From Piromyces finnis finn (lineage: Eukaryota; Fungi; Neocallimastigomycota), in assembly GCA_002104945.1 (NCBI GenBank), contig MCFH01000007.1:1178001-1242000 (forward strand): a stretch of 64,000 bases of DNA, written 5' to 3'. Made by a program: the position numbers and the translations under genes. This document shows positions 13,902 through 27,300 of this stretch, piece by piece. Under the pieces are notes generated by a model, which was not told the origin of the DNA, did not search any database, and saw only the letters and a program-made list of their open reading frames with translations. Numbering within the stretch: position 1 is the stretch's first letter; every line of letters starts with the position of its first letter.

Positions 13902-15383
13902 ATGGAAGGTTCAAAGAGAGCTTCTTGTACTACAATTCTTGTAGGAAAAAATGCCACCTATGATGGTTCTACAATGATGGCTCGTACTGAAGATTCAAGT
14001 GCTGGAAATTTTTGTTCAAAAAAACATATTGTTGTAAAACCTTCTGAGCAACCTCGTCATTATAAATCCGTTTTGTCAAAATTTGAGATAGATCTTCCAG
14101 AAGACCCACTTCAATATACTGCAATGCCAAATGCAAATCCAAAGGATGGCATTTGGGGTGAAGCAGGAATAAATACTAAAAATGTAGCCGTATCTGAAAC
14201 AGAAACAATCACTTCGAATGCATTAGTATTAGGTGCAGATCCATTAGTTGAAACTGGTATTGGTGAAGAGGATATATTAACAATAACTTTACCTTACATT
14301 GATTCAGCAAGAAAAGGTGTCGAAAGACTTGGCTCAATATTAGCTAAATATGGTACATACGAAATGAATGGAATTGGATTCCAGGATGAAAATGAAATAT
14401 GGTGGCTTGAAACTATTGGTGGTCATCATTTTATTGCAAAGAGAGTGCCAGATGATTCCTATGTTGTTGGTCCAAATCAACAAGGAATAAAAACATTCGA
14501 TTTTGTCGATGCTTATGGAGAAAAAAAGAATCATATTTGTTCAAGTGATTTGGTTGAATTTATCGTTAATAATAAATTAGATTTATCATTTAATTCATCT
14601 AAAAACTTGAAATGCGAAAGAAATTTTGATGTTAGAGCTGCACTAGGAAGTCATACAGATTTTGATAAAGTGTATAATACCCCAAGAGCATGGTTTATGC
14701 ATAAATATTTAAGTCCAAAAAAATATAAATGGGAAGGTCCAAATTCAGAATTCACACCAGAAAGTCTTGATTTACCATGGTCTTTAGTTCCAGATCATAA
14801 AATAACTGTTGATGATATTAAATATCTTATGTCATCCCACTATCAAGGTACTAAATTCAATCCATATGGAAAGTATGGTGATTTGTCAGAAGCTGGGAAA
14901 TATAGACCTATTGGTATTAATAGAACCAATTTTGTAACACTTACTCAAATAAGAAGATATATGCCAGACGAAATCAAATCTCTTGAATGGATTGCTGTTG
15001 GTTCTTGTATTTTTAATGCTTTTATGCCTCAATATTCAAGAGTTAATGATTCTCCAAAATATATTAAAGAAGTCACTGATGAAGTTACTACTGAAAATTT
15101 CTACTGGATCAATAGAATTATTGCTGCTTTAGCTGATACTCATTATAGTGATGTAATGGTATGGATTGAAAGATATCAGAAAAAAATAGCTGCTAAAGGT
15201 CATGAATTTATTAATAAATATGATAAACAATATCAAGAAGGAAATATTTCAAAGACATTTTTAGATGATGCTAACAATGAAATCGCAAATTTTGTTAAAA
15301 AAGAAACTTCTGACCTTTTAGGAAAAGTATTATATACTTCAAGTTTAAAAATGAAAAATGCATTTTCAAGATCAGATGCTTAA
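13902..15383 (+). CDS. Peptidase family C69 dipeptidase (PepD-like), intronless, bacterial type
   Basis: 493-aa single-exon ORF. N-terminal CTTILVGKNATYDGSTMMARTED with the Ntn-type Cys at residue 9; GIWGEAGIN, YNTPRAW, YRPIGINR and C-terminal MKNAFSRSDA resemble Firmicutes dipeptidase A. Confidence 0.92.
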   Translation: MEGSKRASCTTILVGKNATYDGSTMMARTEDSSAGNFCSKKHIVVKPSEQPRHYKSVLSKFEIDLPEDPLQYTAMPNANPKDGIWGEAGINTKNVAVSETETITSNALVLGADPLVETGIGEEDILTITLPYIDSARKGVERLGSILAKYGTYEMNGIGFQDENEIWWLETIGGHHFIAKRVPDDSYVVGPNQQGIKTFDFVDAYGEKKNHICSSDLVEFIVNNKLDLSFNSSKNLKCERNFDVRAALGSHTDFDKVYNTPRAWFMHKYLSPKKYKWEGPNSEFTPESLDLPWSLVPDHKITVDDIKYLMSSHYQGTKFNPYGKYGDLSEAGKYRPIGINRTNFVTLTQIRRYMPDEIKSLEWIAVGSCIFNAFMPQYSRVNDSPKYIKEVTDEVTTENFYWINRIIAALADTHYSDVMVWIERYQKKIAAKGHEFINKYDKQYQEGNISKTFLDDANNEIANFVKKETSDLLGKVLYTSSLKMKNAFSRSDA

Positions 15384-15797
15384 ACGAATAATATTCATTT
15401 TAAAAATTCTATTGTTAATATGATATATTTATATACAAAATAATAAAATCATAAAAATTAACATAATATAAATATTATTAGCAATACTATTAAAGAATTA
15501 TTATAAATAAATTATAATAATCAAAGTAAATTTATAATATTTAATAAGTAGAAAAGAACATAATTAATAAAAAACTTTATTTTTAATTATTAGAATTATG
15601 TATATTTTTCTGTTAATTTTATTATTATTTTATATTTTAAAATATATAAAAAATTAAAGTAAAAAATTATAAATAATCCTGTTATTTAAAATTTTGTATT
15701 ATAAAATTTAATTTACTAATTTTAGTTATGTATATACTGTTCTTATTAAAAAAAAAATATTAATATATAAACATAACTTATTTTATAATAATATTAT

Positions 15798-18700
15798 TTA
15801 ATTTTTGGAAAAAATCCTCATAATATTATTTAAATTGAAATATTGATTATAAAAATTAACATATTCGTTTATACTTTTCAATTCATCATCATTATATATT
15901 TCTATTTTTTTTGAAGTACAATTACATATGTATGAATTATGTAAGATGCATTTTGTATTTGGAATATTTATAAAATATTTATATCTAGTATTCCCATTTT
16001 TGGAATGAATCATATATATAATATATGAAAAGTAACCAAAAAATATAATGAAGCAACTTACAAAATTTGAATAAAATTGAATTATTTGTGAAGTTCCCAA
16101 ATTATTTTTAAATAGTGTATATAATGTAATCTATAATTTTTAGTATACATAAATGAAAATGATAATAGATATAATTTTGTTATGTATAATTTGAAAAAAA
16201 AAAAAAAAAAAAGAATCAATATAACTAATATATTAATATTATAAATAGTATAATTTATAAAAACTTTACATTAAGAATTGGCTCAAAGAATATCCATATA
16301 ATACATAAAATACCTATTATTTTACAGTCAACAAAGATATATCTTCCATTACTAATCAACTGATATTTTAAAATATCATAAATTAAAAATATAAATTGAA
16401 CTATAGTCATTAAAAACATAATATAATTGGATGGACATATGTGATGAAAATAATTGTTTATCATGAGTTCACTAGATAAAGATTTATTCCGTGCAATAAT
16501 ATAATATACTATTGATGGTATTAAATATAGAATAAAAGAAATATATGTTGTTATAATATTATAGTAACATAATCTCAACATTTTCTCAAACTTGTTTTTT
16601 ATCTTATCTTTTTTAAAATTAAAATTAAAAGGTGTTAATGGATTTAATAATAATTCATTAACTTTTTCATTTGAATTACATTGATTTGGATAAAGATTAC
16701 TATATGAATCACAATAACCTTGATTAACATTATTATTTGAATTATGCTGATTTAAATTAAGATTACAATTTGAATTATGATTTAAATTATTGTATTGTAA
16801 TGTTGATAAATGGGATTGAGAACCATTTGCATTAGACATTATTTGAGAACCATATATATTTTCATATGAAACATTACTTTCTACTCTTGATGGTAAATTA
16901 TCGGTACTACTTCTATTATTATTTTTATTTCCAATTTTTTTATTTGAAATGATATCTTTATGACAACAATTTTCATTACTAGCAAAACCTTTAAAATTAT
17001 TTTTAATTACAGAACTTAATTTATTTTTATTTGAGAAAAACAAATTTTCACATATTTGAGTAGAAAGTATATTGTTTAAAAGAATATAATCTACTCTTCC
17101 AGAATTGAATTTAATAGTGAAAGTGGAAGCAATTATTAATTTTATTGTGAAAGGTGTATATATTAATAAGAACCCAATAGATAACAAAAGAAATTGTAAA
17201 AAACAATTACTTATACTATTTGATATTATATAAAAGTTACTGAAATTTTTTATAATACATCCCATAGATATGGAAATCATGGACACTAATCCGAAATCTT
17301 TTATTATTAAAACATTAGCATTAGATAATATATATAAAGTAGAAATTGCCATGATTATACTACTTGTAATTGTAATAACTTTAAATATATTTTCATAATG
17401 ACTATTTAGTATTATTAATAGAAAATAAGGAAATTAGAAAGAAATATATACTTTAAAACAATTTTAAAAATTATAATATTTTAAAAATTACTTTTCTGGT
17501 CCATAATCCAATGTGAGACAGTCATTTCCTGTATATCCTGCAAGGCATACACATACATTAATATTCGGATCATTGACATTCATATGAATATTTTCAGGTT
17601 TTATACATTTCTTATTACCAATTAAACAATTATCATTACAATTTGGAAGTTCACATGTATAAAAATTATTGCTATCAATAACTTTAATACTGTCTCTACT
17701 ACAATCATTAATTTTTAATTTAATATTTAAATAAGTTTCCTTCAAAATATTTAATGTATTATTTTTAGCTTTTATCTTTAAATAATAATATCCAGCATCT
17801 TTACATAACACTTGTAAAAAATTAATATTGTTTTTACCTATTTTTTATTTAAGAAAAATTAATATTTTATTCATATCTATTTAAAATTCTTTATTATTAT
17901 ATGTATGATAAGCAATTACCTCTATTAAAAATATTTTCAGAAGTAACAATTGAGTAATTAGGAACTTTTTCATTCCTATCATAATCATATAACTCTATGG
18001 TGATTCCAATATCAGAATAAAATTTTTCTAAATCTTCAACAATATTATTTAATTTATCTTTAAGAATTATTGAAAAAGATGTTGTTTCTCCAGAGTATAT
18101 TTCAATTCCATTTTTGATTTCATTATTAGTTAAACCACCTATATTATTTGAATTTTCAATTTCAAATTGAGTAGGATGTGTTGCAAAATCAGGTCCATGA
18201 GAATTAGCTTTATTATTTTTAAATTCATTTTCATTTGATTTCATTTTCAATAAATTATGAATGTAATATATTCTATCATTAGGTTGTTCAAAAAAAAATA
18301 CACCACCTGCAACTCCAACTGAATTATTAAAGAATTTATTTTTTCTTATATCTAAATTATATTGGAATTCTATTCTATTATTAATAAATGCAACACCTCC
18401 AAAATAACCAGCTTTATTATATTCAAAATTTGATTCTATTATTGATATTGATTTTTGATATTTATATTCATTACTAGTATCTTCATTTAAATAGAGAATA
18501 GTACCTTTACTGTGACATATATTTGAAGTAAATATTGAATTATTTATATAAATATTATTATTTTTTGTATCATTAAAAAAGCTAAGTCAAATTAAAAGAG
18601 AATTTATTATAATAAAAAATATATGAAAGTAATAAAATTTAGTATATATAATATAGTTTTGTTAATTAAATCAAAAAAATTTTATTTACAAGATTCCAGA

Positions 18701-20945
18701 TGAGTATGATTCATTGTTCATGAATTCAGAATAATCTATATTAATATTTATATTATTTGCCATTGATATAAATCCGTAATCATTTTTACTTCCATTTTCA
18801 TTATTTTTGAATATGAAAGATTTAAATTGAATATCAATCTTATAAATATTTAAGCATAATATATATAAATTTTATTAAAAGGTTATATAAATTAATGTAA
18901 TATTTTTGTTAGAATTATATTTTAGAAATTATTATAATAAAATTTTAATGATGACAAAAAACAAAAAGGTACATTATTTGATTTAGTTTTTAAAAATGGT
19001 CCATTTGAAATTGAATTATTAACATATCCATGATTCCATTCAACATTAATAATGTCACCTTCCATATAAATGACATTTCCATTTGATTTAATATTTGATA
19101 TGTTTACATTATCGAATAAAGTGAGTTTACCTTCTAAATTCATTTTTAAAGATATTAAATAACATTCATTTTTTTCTCCATAAATATTAATATTATTTAT
19201 ATTTACATTCTGTAATTCAAGATTTTTATAATATATTGGTATTACTGACTTATAGAAAGTTGAAATATTTTCAAGGGTAACATTTTTTAAATATAATGCA
19301 GATTGTTCATCAAATAAAGATGTTCCAATTAATCTTATAAAATAACAATAGGTAATAATAATAAAAAAGTATTTATTTAATAATAAAATATTTAAAACAA
19401 TGTATATAAAAGAGTTATAATAATAATTAATATAATAAATAATAATAAGTTTACTTTATTCCACGAATTATTGTATTAGAAATATAATTATTACTGTATT
19501 TTGTACCGGAAATAGTTGGAATATAATTTTTATTATCAATATTTTCAAAAATTGAATTGTCAATAAACATTTCAATGTTTTCCCCATAAAACAGTGGACT
19601 TATATCTAATATGAAGTCAAAAAGTGAAAAACGAATTTAGTAATAAAAAAAAATTAGTGTTAAAAGTATTGTTAATATTTTTTTTTTCTATTCTTCAAAA
19701 TATATATACTTTTAAAATGGGATTCAGAAATACATATTTTATTGGCACATTTTGTTCCACTTGCAATATCATATATTAGATTGCCGATTTTATTATGAAC
19801 ATTATTGATTGTTACATTTTGAAATCTATATATAAAGTAATAAAATTGTTTATTATAGATAATTAATATTAAGTGTAATCTTGAATAAAAAATTATTAAA
19901 CTACTTTATTAAATTTCCAGAAGCTTTCATAAAAGGAACTACAGAAGCATCAACTTTAAAATCATTAAATATTGTATTTTTTATAATTAATTCTCCATAA
20001 TATTTTATATATACAAAAGATGCCCTACTAGAACTTGACGATGAAGATATTTTTGTAAATTTACCTTTTATTTTTTTATTATATATTTAAATATTAGTAA
20101 TTGAAAACTACACATAATTGTTACATATTTAAATATTTACAATTGTTATATTCAATTTTCCCGAAAGAAATTTTTGAAATATCATCACAATTATTGAACT
20201 CTGAATTGGAAATTAAAAAACTTAATTGATGATTTAATGTTTGTTCATTTTTAGTAGAGAAATGTAAAACACCAGATCCTTTGATATCACTAAAATATAT
20301 TGATTGTTCAATTATAGTAGTAAAAAACTTAACCTTTTATTTTCATATATAAAATAGTTTCAAAAAATATTTATTTTGTAATAATTACATAAATTTGCAT
20401 GAATCAAGTGTAATGTTTATTTTATTATCATTACTTTTTATTAATGAGCTATTTTCTGCTTCAAAAATTAAAAATCTTCCATTTCCTTTTTCAAAAGTAC
20501 ATTTTTTGAAAGTAATAGAAAAATCCGAACTAGTAACACGAGAATAAAAAATAGAATTTAATTGTTGTGGATCTTGAAAATCATAAAATTTTATATTCTC
20601 AAATTTTATTTTCTGTCCTGTATACTCTTTGAAATTTATAGAAAAATAAAATCCATTTTTTCCTAATTTAATTTCAGTACCTTTTTCTTCCTTTCCATAT
20701 AAAGCAAAATCAATATTACCAGGAATATCAATTTGAAAACCTTGTTGATAGTTTAAAGAGGATTCTATTACATTTTCTGTTATATATACATTGATAGTTT
20801 TTGATATTAAAGAATATTTTTCTATTATACTTGTCAAATTGTATATTGTGTATATTTCATTAGGAATATATATATCAATTGATAAGCATTTATTCAATAT
20901 AATTAAAATTAGTGTAATTATTTTAGTATATTTACATAGCATCAT
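15798..20945 (-). CDS. Large-ectodomain 7TM receptor (class C-like GPCR; signal peptide, beta-helix/pectin-lyase-like repeats, EGF-like module)
   Basis: Signal peptide at 20945 (KIITLILIILNKCLS); Asn/Ile/Phe-rich ectodomain exons; EGF-like CELPNCNDNC...CVCLAGYTGNDC (17488-17811). Intron 17402-17491 leads into six hydrophobic segments (ORF 16255-17352); intron 16131-16269 joins in frame to ORF 15798-16100, supplying a seventh segment and a CILHNSYICNC tail. Internal ectodomain junctions not all resolved. Confidence 0.8.
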
Positions 20946-21345
20946 AATATATTATGGAGAGAATGATCAATGTTTTTTTTTTTTAAAATACTTGAGATAT
21001 AATTAAGAAACTATGCAATAAAATACATTTAAATTATTAGGATCATTAAACTTAAAAATTTTATTTAATAAAATATAAATTTTAAAAATATAAAAAAATT
21101 ATTAAATAAACTTTTTTTTTTTTTAGATTATGTAGAAATAAAAGAAGCTATTTATTATTATAAATCAATATTCTTCAAAATTACAAAAAAGAAAAAAATA
21201 CACATTTATAAGTAATAAGTAATTTTTAAAATCTATATAATTTTTATCATACAATAATGTAAAGAATAAAAAAACAAGTGGATAAAATCCTTTTGGGTAT
21301 GAAAGTTATATGGAACCAAAAGTCTTATATTAGGGAAGTGCCGAA

Positions 21346-21372
21346 TTAAATTTCTATAAAATAGAAATTTAA
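21346..21372. repeat. Perfect inverted repeat, 12-bp arms, 3-nt spacer
   Basis: TTAAATTTCTAT-AAA-ATAGAAATTTAA. Confidence 0.85.
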
Positions 21373-21479
21373 AGTAATTTAGCATACATCAACAGATACA
21401 AAATGTATATATTTAATCAAAAATATTCAAAAATGTATGATTCATAATACAACCTAAAGTATAGCTATAATTGTAATAT

Positions 21480-21517
21480 TTCTCCAATTATTTCCATTTT
21501 AGGAAATAATTGGAGAA
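21480..21517. repeat. Perfect inverted repeat, 16-bp arms, 6-nt spacer
   Basis: TTCTCCAATTATTTCC-ATTTTA-GGAAATAATTGGAGAA. Confidence 0.9.
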
Positions 21518-24347
21518 ATATATTAAAAATCAAAATCATTAATAAATTAAGTTATATAGAATAAGTATTATATGCTGTAAAAATAAAATAATACTTTGTT
21601 GTATAGAGTAACGCAATTAATCATTGAAAAGCATATTAATTTATTAGTATTTCCTTTATTATGAATTTTAAATATAATTATTTCTAATAATAATAAATAA
21701 GTATTCCAAATATATAAAAAATCACCATTTATTTATCTATTTAATAACCATTTAAATTACTTATTAATAAATATAAATTTATTTATTTTTTATTTTTTAT
21801 TCATTTACTTTCATAAATTGCAATTATTTTCCTTTTTTTTACCCGATTTAGGAATTAAAGAATTTTTAAGGAGATCTTTTAATGTACCATATTGCAATTG
21901 CAATATATTATATTAAATAATATTAAATAAAAAATGTATTTACTATATATGGAAAAAATATTTATTTTAAAAATTTTTAAATTTAATAAAAAAAATTACA
22001 CAGAAATTCTAAATATAAAAATTAAAAAAACTTTATTGAAACTAATAAGCATAAAAAAGAAAAGTAAATTAATGAAAGATTAAAAAACAGTAACAAGGAA
22101 AGAAAATGAAAAAAGTAACAACTTTTTAATTTTCTAATAATATAATATTTTAGAAAGAAATGAAATAAGCCACTATTTTGTATTGATTAAATAATTATTA
22201 TTGGTGTATATTGAAAATAAATATTTTTATTTTTATATAATATGTAATATTTTAAAAATATAAATTAATTTTAATTATTTTTAATCATTGAATAGTGATT
22301 AAACAATTCATTTAGTTTATTAATTAAAATATTTTCAATTTAAATAATAATTAACGAGTAAAGGTCCTTTTAATTTAGGTTTATAAGATTCTTTCTGTAT
22401 TTTAGATATTATTCTAATTAAATCCATAATAATATTTTTAATTATTTTAATAAATAAATGAAATATTGTTGAATATTGAAGTTAAATAAACATATTATAT
22501 TGAAGTAAAAAATTATATAATTATTAAGTTAAATAGAACGATGACTTTTTTTTTATAATAAAAGTGGTGGTTAAATTATTTAGTGATAACGAAATGTCTT
22601 TTGTGTTGTTATTTTTTTTCTCAGAAAATCATTGAAATTTTATTTATATTAATTAGTTATTAATAATATATAAAAATGAGTGGCAATTAATATAAATATT
22701 TATATATTATGATATATTTAATATATTTTACTAATTAATTTTAATATATCTAAAAGTATAAATAAAATATATATAATAAAATTTAATTAGATTTTGTGAC
22801 ACAATTAAAATTTCTTTTTTTAAACTTTTTCAGTTATTGGAAAATAATATGTATGAAAGAGGTCTATTAAGAGCTTTTTGAAATAATAAATTATTTTAAA
22901 AGATTTTTTAAAATTAAATAGTTGTGATAATTATTATAATTATAATTATTATATGTAAGCATTCATAATTATAATATTTTTTCTTTAACAATAATATAGC
23001 TATTATTTATATTAATATTATTATCATTACTCCTTTTCATTGTTATTAATCATTCATTTACATAAATATTTTTTTTTAAAAAATCAATATTATAAATATT
23101 CAATAATATATATTAATTTATAATTTATAATGGATTAAAATATTATTTATATTAATTAATATATTAATATTTTAATATTTTTTATATTTAAACAAAATTT
23201 ATCTTTTTTTTTTTTTTTTTTTTTTTAAAGTTTATATTAATAATAGTAAAAAGAAAAGTATTTTTTTTTTTAATTTTTATATAGATTTAATATTAAATCT
23301 TTATATATCAAGAAAAATATAGTTATTAGAATTAGAACATATAAGTTTTATAAACATTCTGATTTCTTCAACCTTTATATTACATTGAAAGGAAAAATTG
23401 GAGAAAGAAAGAATGAAATTTTAATAAAGAAAATACTTCAAAAAAAAAAAAAAATAATAATAAAAATTAGAGAAAAACATGTGCAAAGGATAGTAAGTAA
23501 GAAAAAGTATAAAATTATAATCAAACTAAACAAATATTTATTCTGAAATTCTAAAAATTTATTCTTTCAATATATTGAAAATCAAAGTTAAATTTAAATT
23601 TATTAAAAACATTGAATTGTTTTACAATAAAAACATTATAGAAAAGGTATTTAAATAAAAATATTAATATAAAAAATAATAAAAAAAAAAACATAAAATT
23701 TTCTGTGAAATATAAGAAAATAAAAGAAGAAAAACTATCATATCCACTCATTTAAATTTCTTTTTATAATTATTATAATATCATTATGAAAATGCACATT
23801 CCATATTAATAAAAGAAAATTATCGTAAATACTAATAACTATAAATATAGGGTAATATATTAATAATTTGAATTAAACAAAATAGTTTTCTCTTTAATAA
23901 TTTCCTTGCCTTTTTAAAGTTTTAATATCAATAAGTATACCCAAATTTATCTATATTATAAAGATAATAATTATAAAAAAGAAAACCAAAAATATTATAA
24001 ATTAATTTTCGGAAAGAAAAATCTAAGTACTTTACTTATTTTCATGAATAACATTGTTATACTTTAACTCTAAAGACTTAGTATTTCATAAAAGAAAAAT
24101 AATTGGTATAAGATTTATTTTTATTTAATTAAAAATAATAATTTAATGTATTAACTTTCATTGATATATTATTTATATATTTATATAATTTTTTTTTTTA
24201 TTTTTTTAGGTATATATTTCAATATAATAACTATATCCATATTTAAAGTAAAAAAAGGAAATACTTGATATAAAATTACCTTTTTAAAATAAAATATTTT
24301 AAAAATATAAAAATTATAATAATATAGAAAAATATATAATATTTGAC

Positions 24348-27300
24348 ATGGGTAATGAAACAAATATTAGCAACTATAAATGGCAAATTTGTTATAAAAA
24401 ACCATTATTTAATGGTGAAGAGATAGAAAATTTTGCAATATGGAATTCTGATTTAAACTATTTAAATGAAGTTAAAAATCCAGTAGATATTCTCATTATT
24501 CAATACCATGCTTTTTATAGATCAATATCTAATAATGGAAGCTATGACAGTTTATCAGTAGATTCTGGACCAATTGATTCTGTAACATTGGATATTGATA
24601 ATTATAATGGAAAACCACCAATGAGTGCATATACAAAAGATAGATTTATAGCTAAAAATATCAGTAATGAAGCTCTTCTCAGTAAATTAGATTCCAATAA
24701 ATACAGTCAAAGTAATTTAGAAAGAATGGATAATTCAAATCTTCCTCAATCAGATTATAATACTAATTTAACAGGTTTCAATAATATTAGTTTATGTGTA
24801 GATACAGAAGTACTTTATGGTTCGAAGCGTATTTTAGTTGATGTTGATATTTCTGAATTTATAAGGTCATATGCTGGAAAAATTACTACATTAACAATTG
24901 GTAAATATATCACTAAAAAAATTAAAAAGCTCATAGATATCAGTTCCATTAATTGGATATGGGGTTTCTATTTTTCTAACCTTCAGAATCTAATTGATAA
25001 ATATGGTATTGAAAATTGTCAACAATTTCTTTTTATTTTTAGAAAAGCCTTTCCATACTATGCAATATTTACTGACATAAAAAAGTTAGATGTTTTTGAA
25101 GAAATAAGAGATTTAATTCATGGAATCATATTATATAATGTTGTTTTCCATCAAGATGGTAAGCAAAAATCAAGATGGGAATGGGGAAATATGAAATTTC
25201 AAGATTATATAGCTGCTTTAAGAAATGAAATTAGTTTAAGAACAGATTTTATAGTTCTTGATGCTGAAGTATTACCTCCAGAAAAGAACCAAAGTTTTCA
25301 TCACTATCAAAGACGTCGTTATTATCGTAAATGGATTATGGGTAATAACTTTAAGGGTTGGATATCATTTGACCCTGAATTTAATTCATTAAAGTGTATT
25401 GGTCCACCAGAATTTCCACTTGTTAATGATTTGGATATTTATGAAATGTGTACCTCAACAGAAGTTAAATCTTGTCGTAATTTGATATTAAATATTTTGC
25501 CTCAATTAGATTGGAAAGATAAATTATTAAATCATTATATATGGAAAAAGGTGCTTCGTGAAACTGATTTCCCAAAAGACATTACTGATCGTATTCCATC
25601 TATTAATAATGTTACCCAAATAGAGCTTTCAGATGTTCTTATTTGTCAACCATCAAAACCAGAATTGCCATCAATTAACGATGTTATTGGAAAAACAAAT
25701 AATCAAAAAACATCAAAAAAGAGTAATAGTGATTTACTGTGGAGTGAAAGTGGAATCGAAGGTTCATCTAATCATTTGTGGAAGCAAATTAATCAAACAC
25801 ATAGAGTCTTTAGTACTACAGCTATTGGCAAAACTTATGGTAATGAACGTCGTAAACAAGTTGAAATTAAATTGATTGACATTATGATTAATCTTCTTGA
25901 AAAGAATTTATTAAAATCAATTAATGTATCAACTTCTGGTAATACTAATCAATCTATGTCCATTATTAATAATTCAATGGTATCCCTATCTGATGATGAA
26001 TATGAACTTCAACCAGAAATGGAAGAAATCATTGACTTTATTGATTCCATTATCAAAAATCCTTCTCCATTAGTTGTTCGTATCCTTAACGAGGTTTTCG
26101 GTGGTTATGATGTTGCTATAGAACATTTTAAAGAATTAAATGAAAATCTTTTAAATAATAATATTTCCATATATATTGGTACCAATTCATCATTCATATT
26201 AAAAGAGAATCCTGATGAATTGCCATATAAAAAGGTTTGGGCTATTATGGGTTTAGATGATAATGAAAAATTATATATTTTTGTTCCGGAAAATTGTCCA
26301 AATATTGTTGAATTAGTAATTAATTGCTATTTTAGAAGATTCTTTTATCATGACTCTGGAAAATGTTTACTTTTAGAAAGTTTAATAGTTGCTCAAGAAA
26401 ATCCGGAATATTTGCCTATCTCTCATCGTGTTTTCTATGAAATTGAAAACAGTTCCTATTCAGAATTATTCTATTTTATTCGTAATACTTATTTAATTCA
26501 AAACTCTATGGAAAACAAGATTCAAAATCAAATTGAAAGAGAGTTACTTTCTGCTTATGCTAGTTATATTTGTGATTATTCCCATCACTTATTAGTAGAA
26601 AAATTTGATTATTATGATAAAATAAAAGAACAAGTCAAAATTGGCTATGAACCTCTTCATGAGCCAGAAAAAGAAATGTACGATTTAGTTGCATATTGTT
26701 CATTAGATCCTTTGGGTGATCGTTTAATCAAAGAATTTAGTAAACGTATCGAAAATTCAATGATTAAAAATTGCTATCCAGCAAATTCCTCAGAAGCCTT
26801 AGCATTATCTTATCTTTTTATGCTTTTCTGGAAAGCATGTCGTCGTGTCGCATGGCTGAACATGGAATCTTCATTAATTACAATGAACCCAAGTTTCATA
26901 CCAGATTACGACCAAGTTGCTGTAGCTATGGAAATGATTACTACTCAATCCAATTTAAATATGATGTTTGATTTGAACAGTCATCAATTAGCTAGCTACA
27001 TGCATCCAATATTGAGAAATAATGTCAAAGAAAGTAGAGAAATAAAAGAAAATTTAGTTGTTGAAAGCATGGATAAGGGTACTGATACTAAGAAGGCTAG
27101 ACAATTAGCTAATGCCTTCCTTTTCGTTTATCCTGTTATTATAGATTTAATTCTTGTAAGGTGGATTGGTTCTGGTATTTTTATTAATGGCTACATGGAT
27201 AATACTACTAAAGACGTATTAAACTTTATCTTTATCTTTATTTTCCCTGTTTGTGGTGGTTTAATGAACTCAATTGCTAGAACATGTACATTTTATTATT

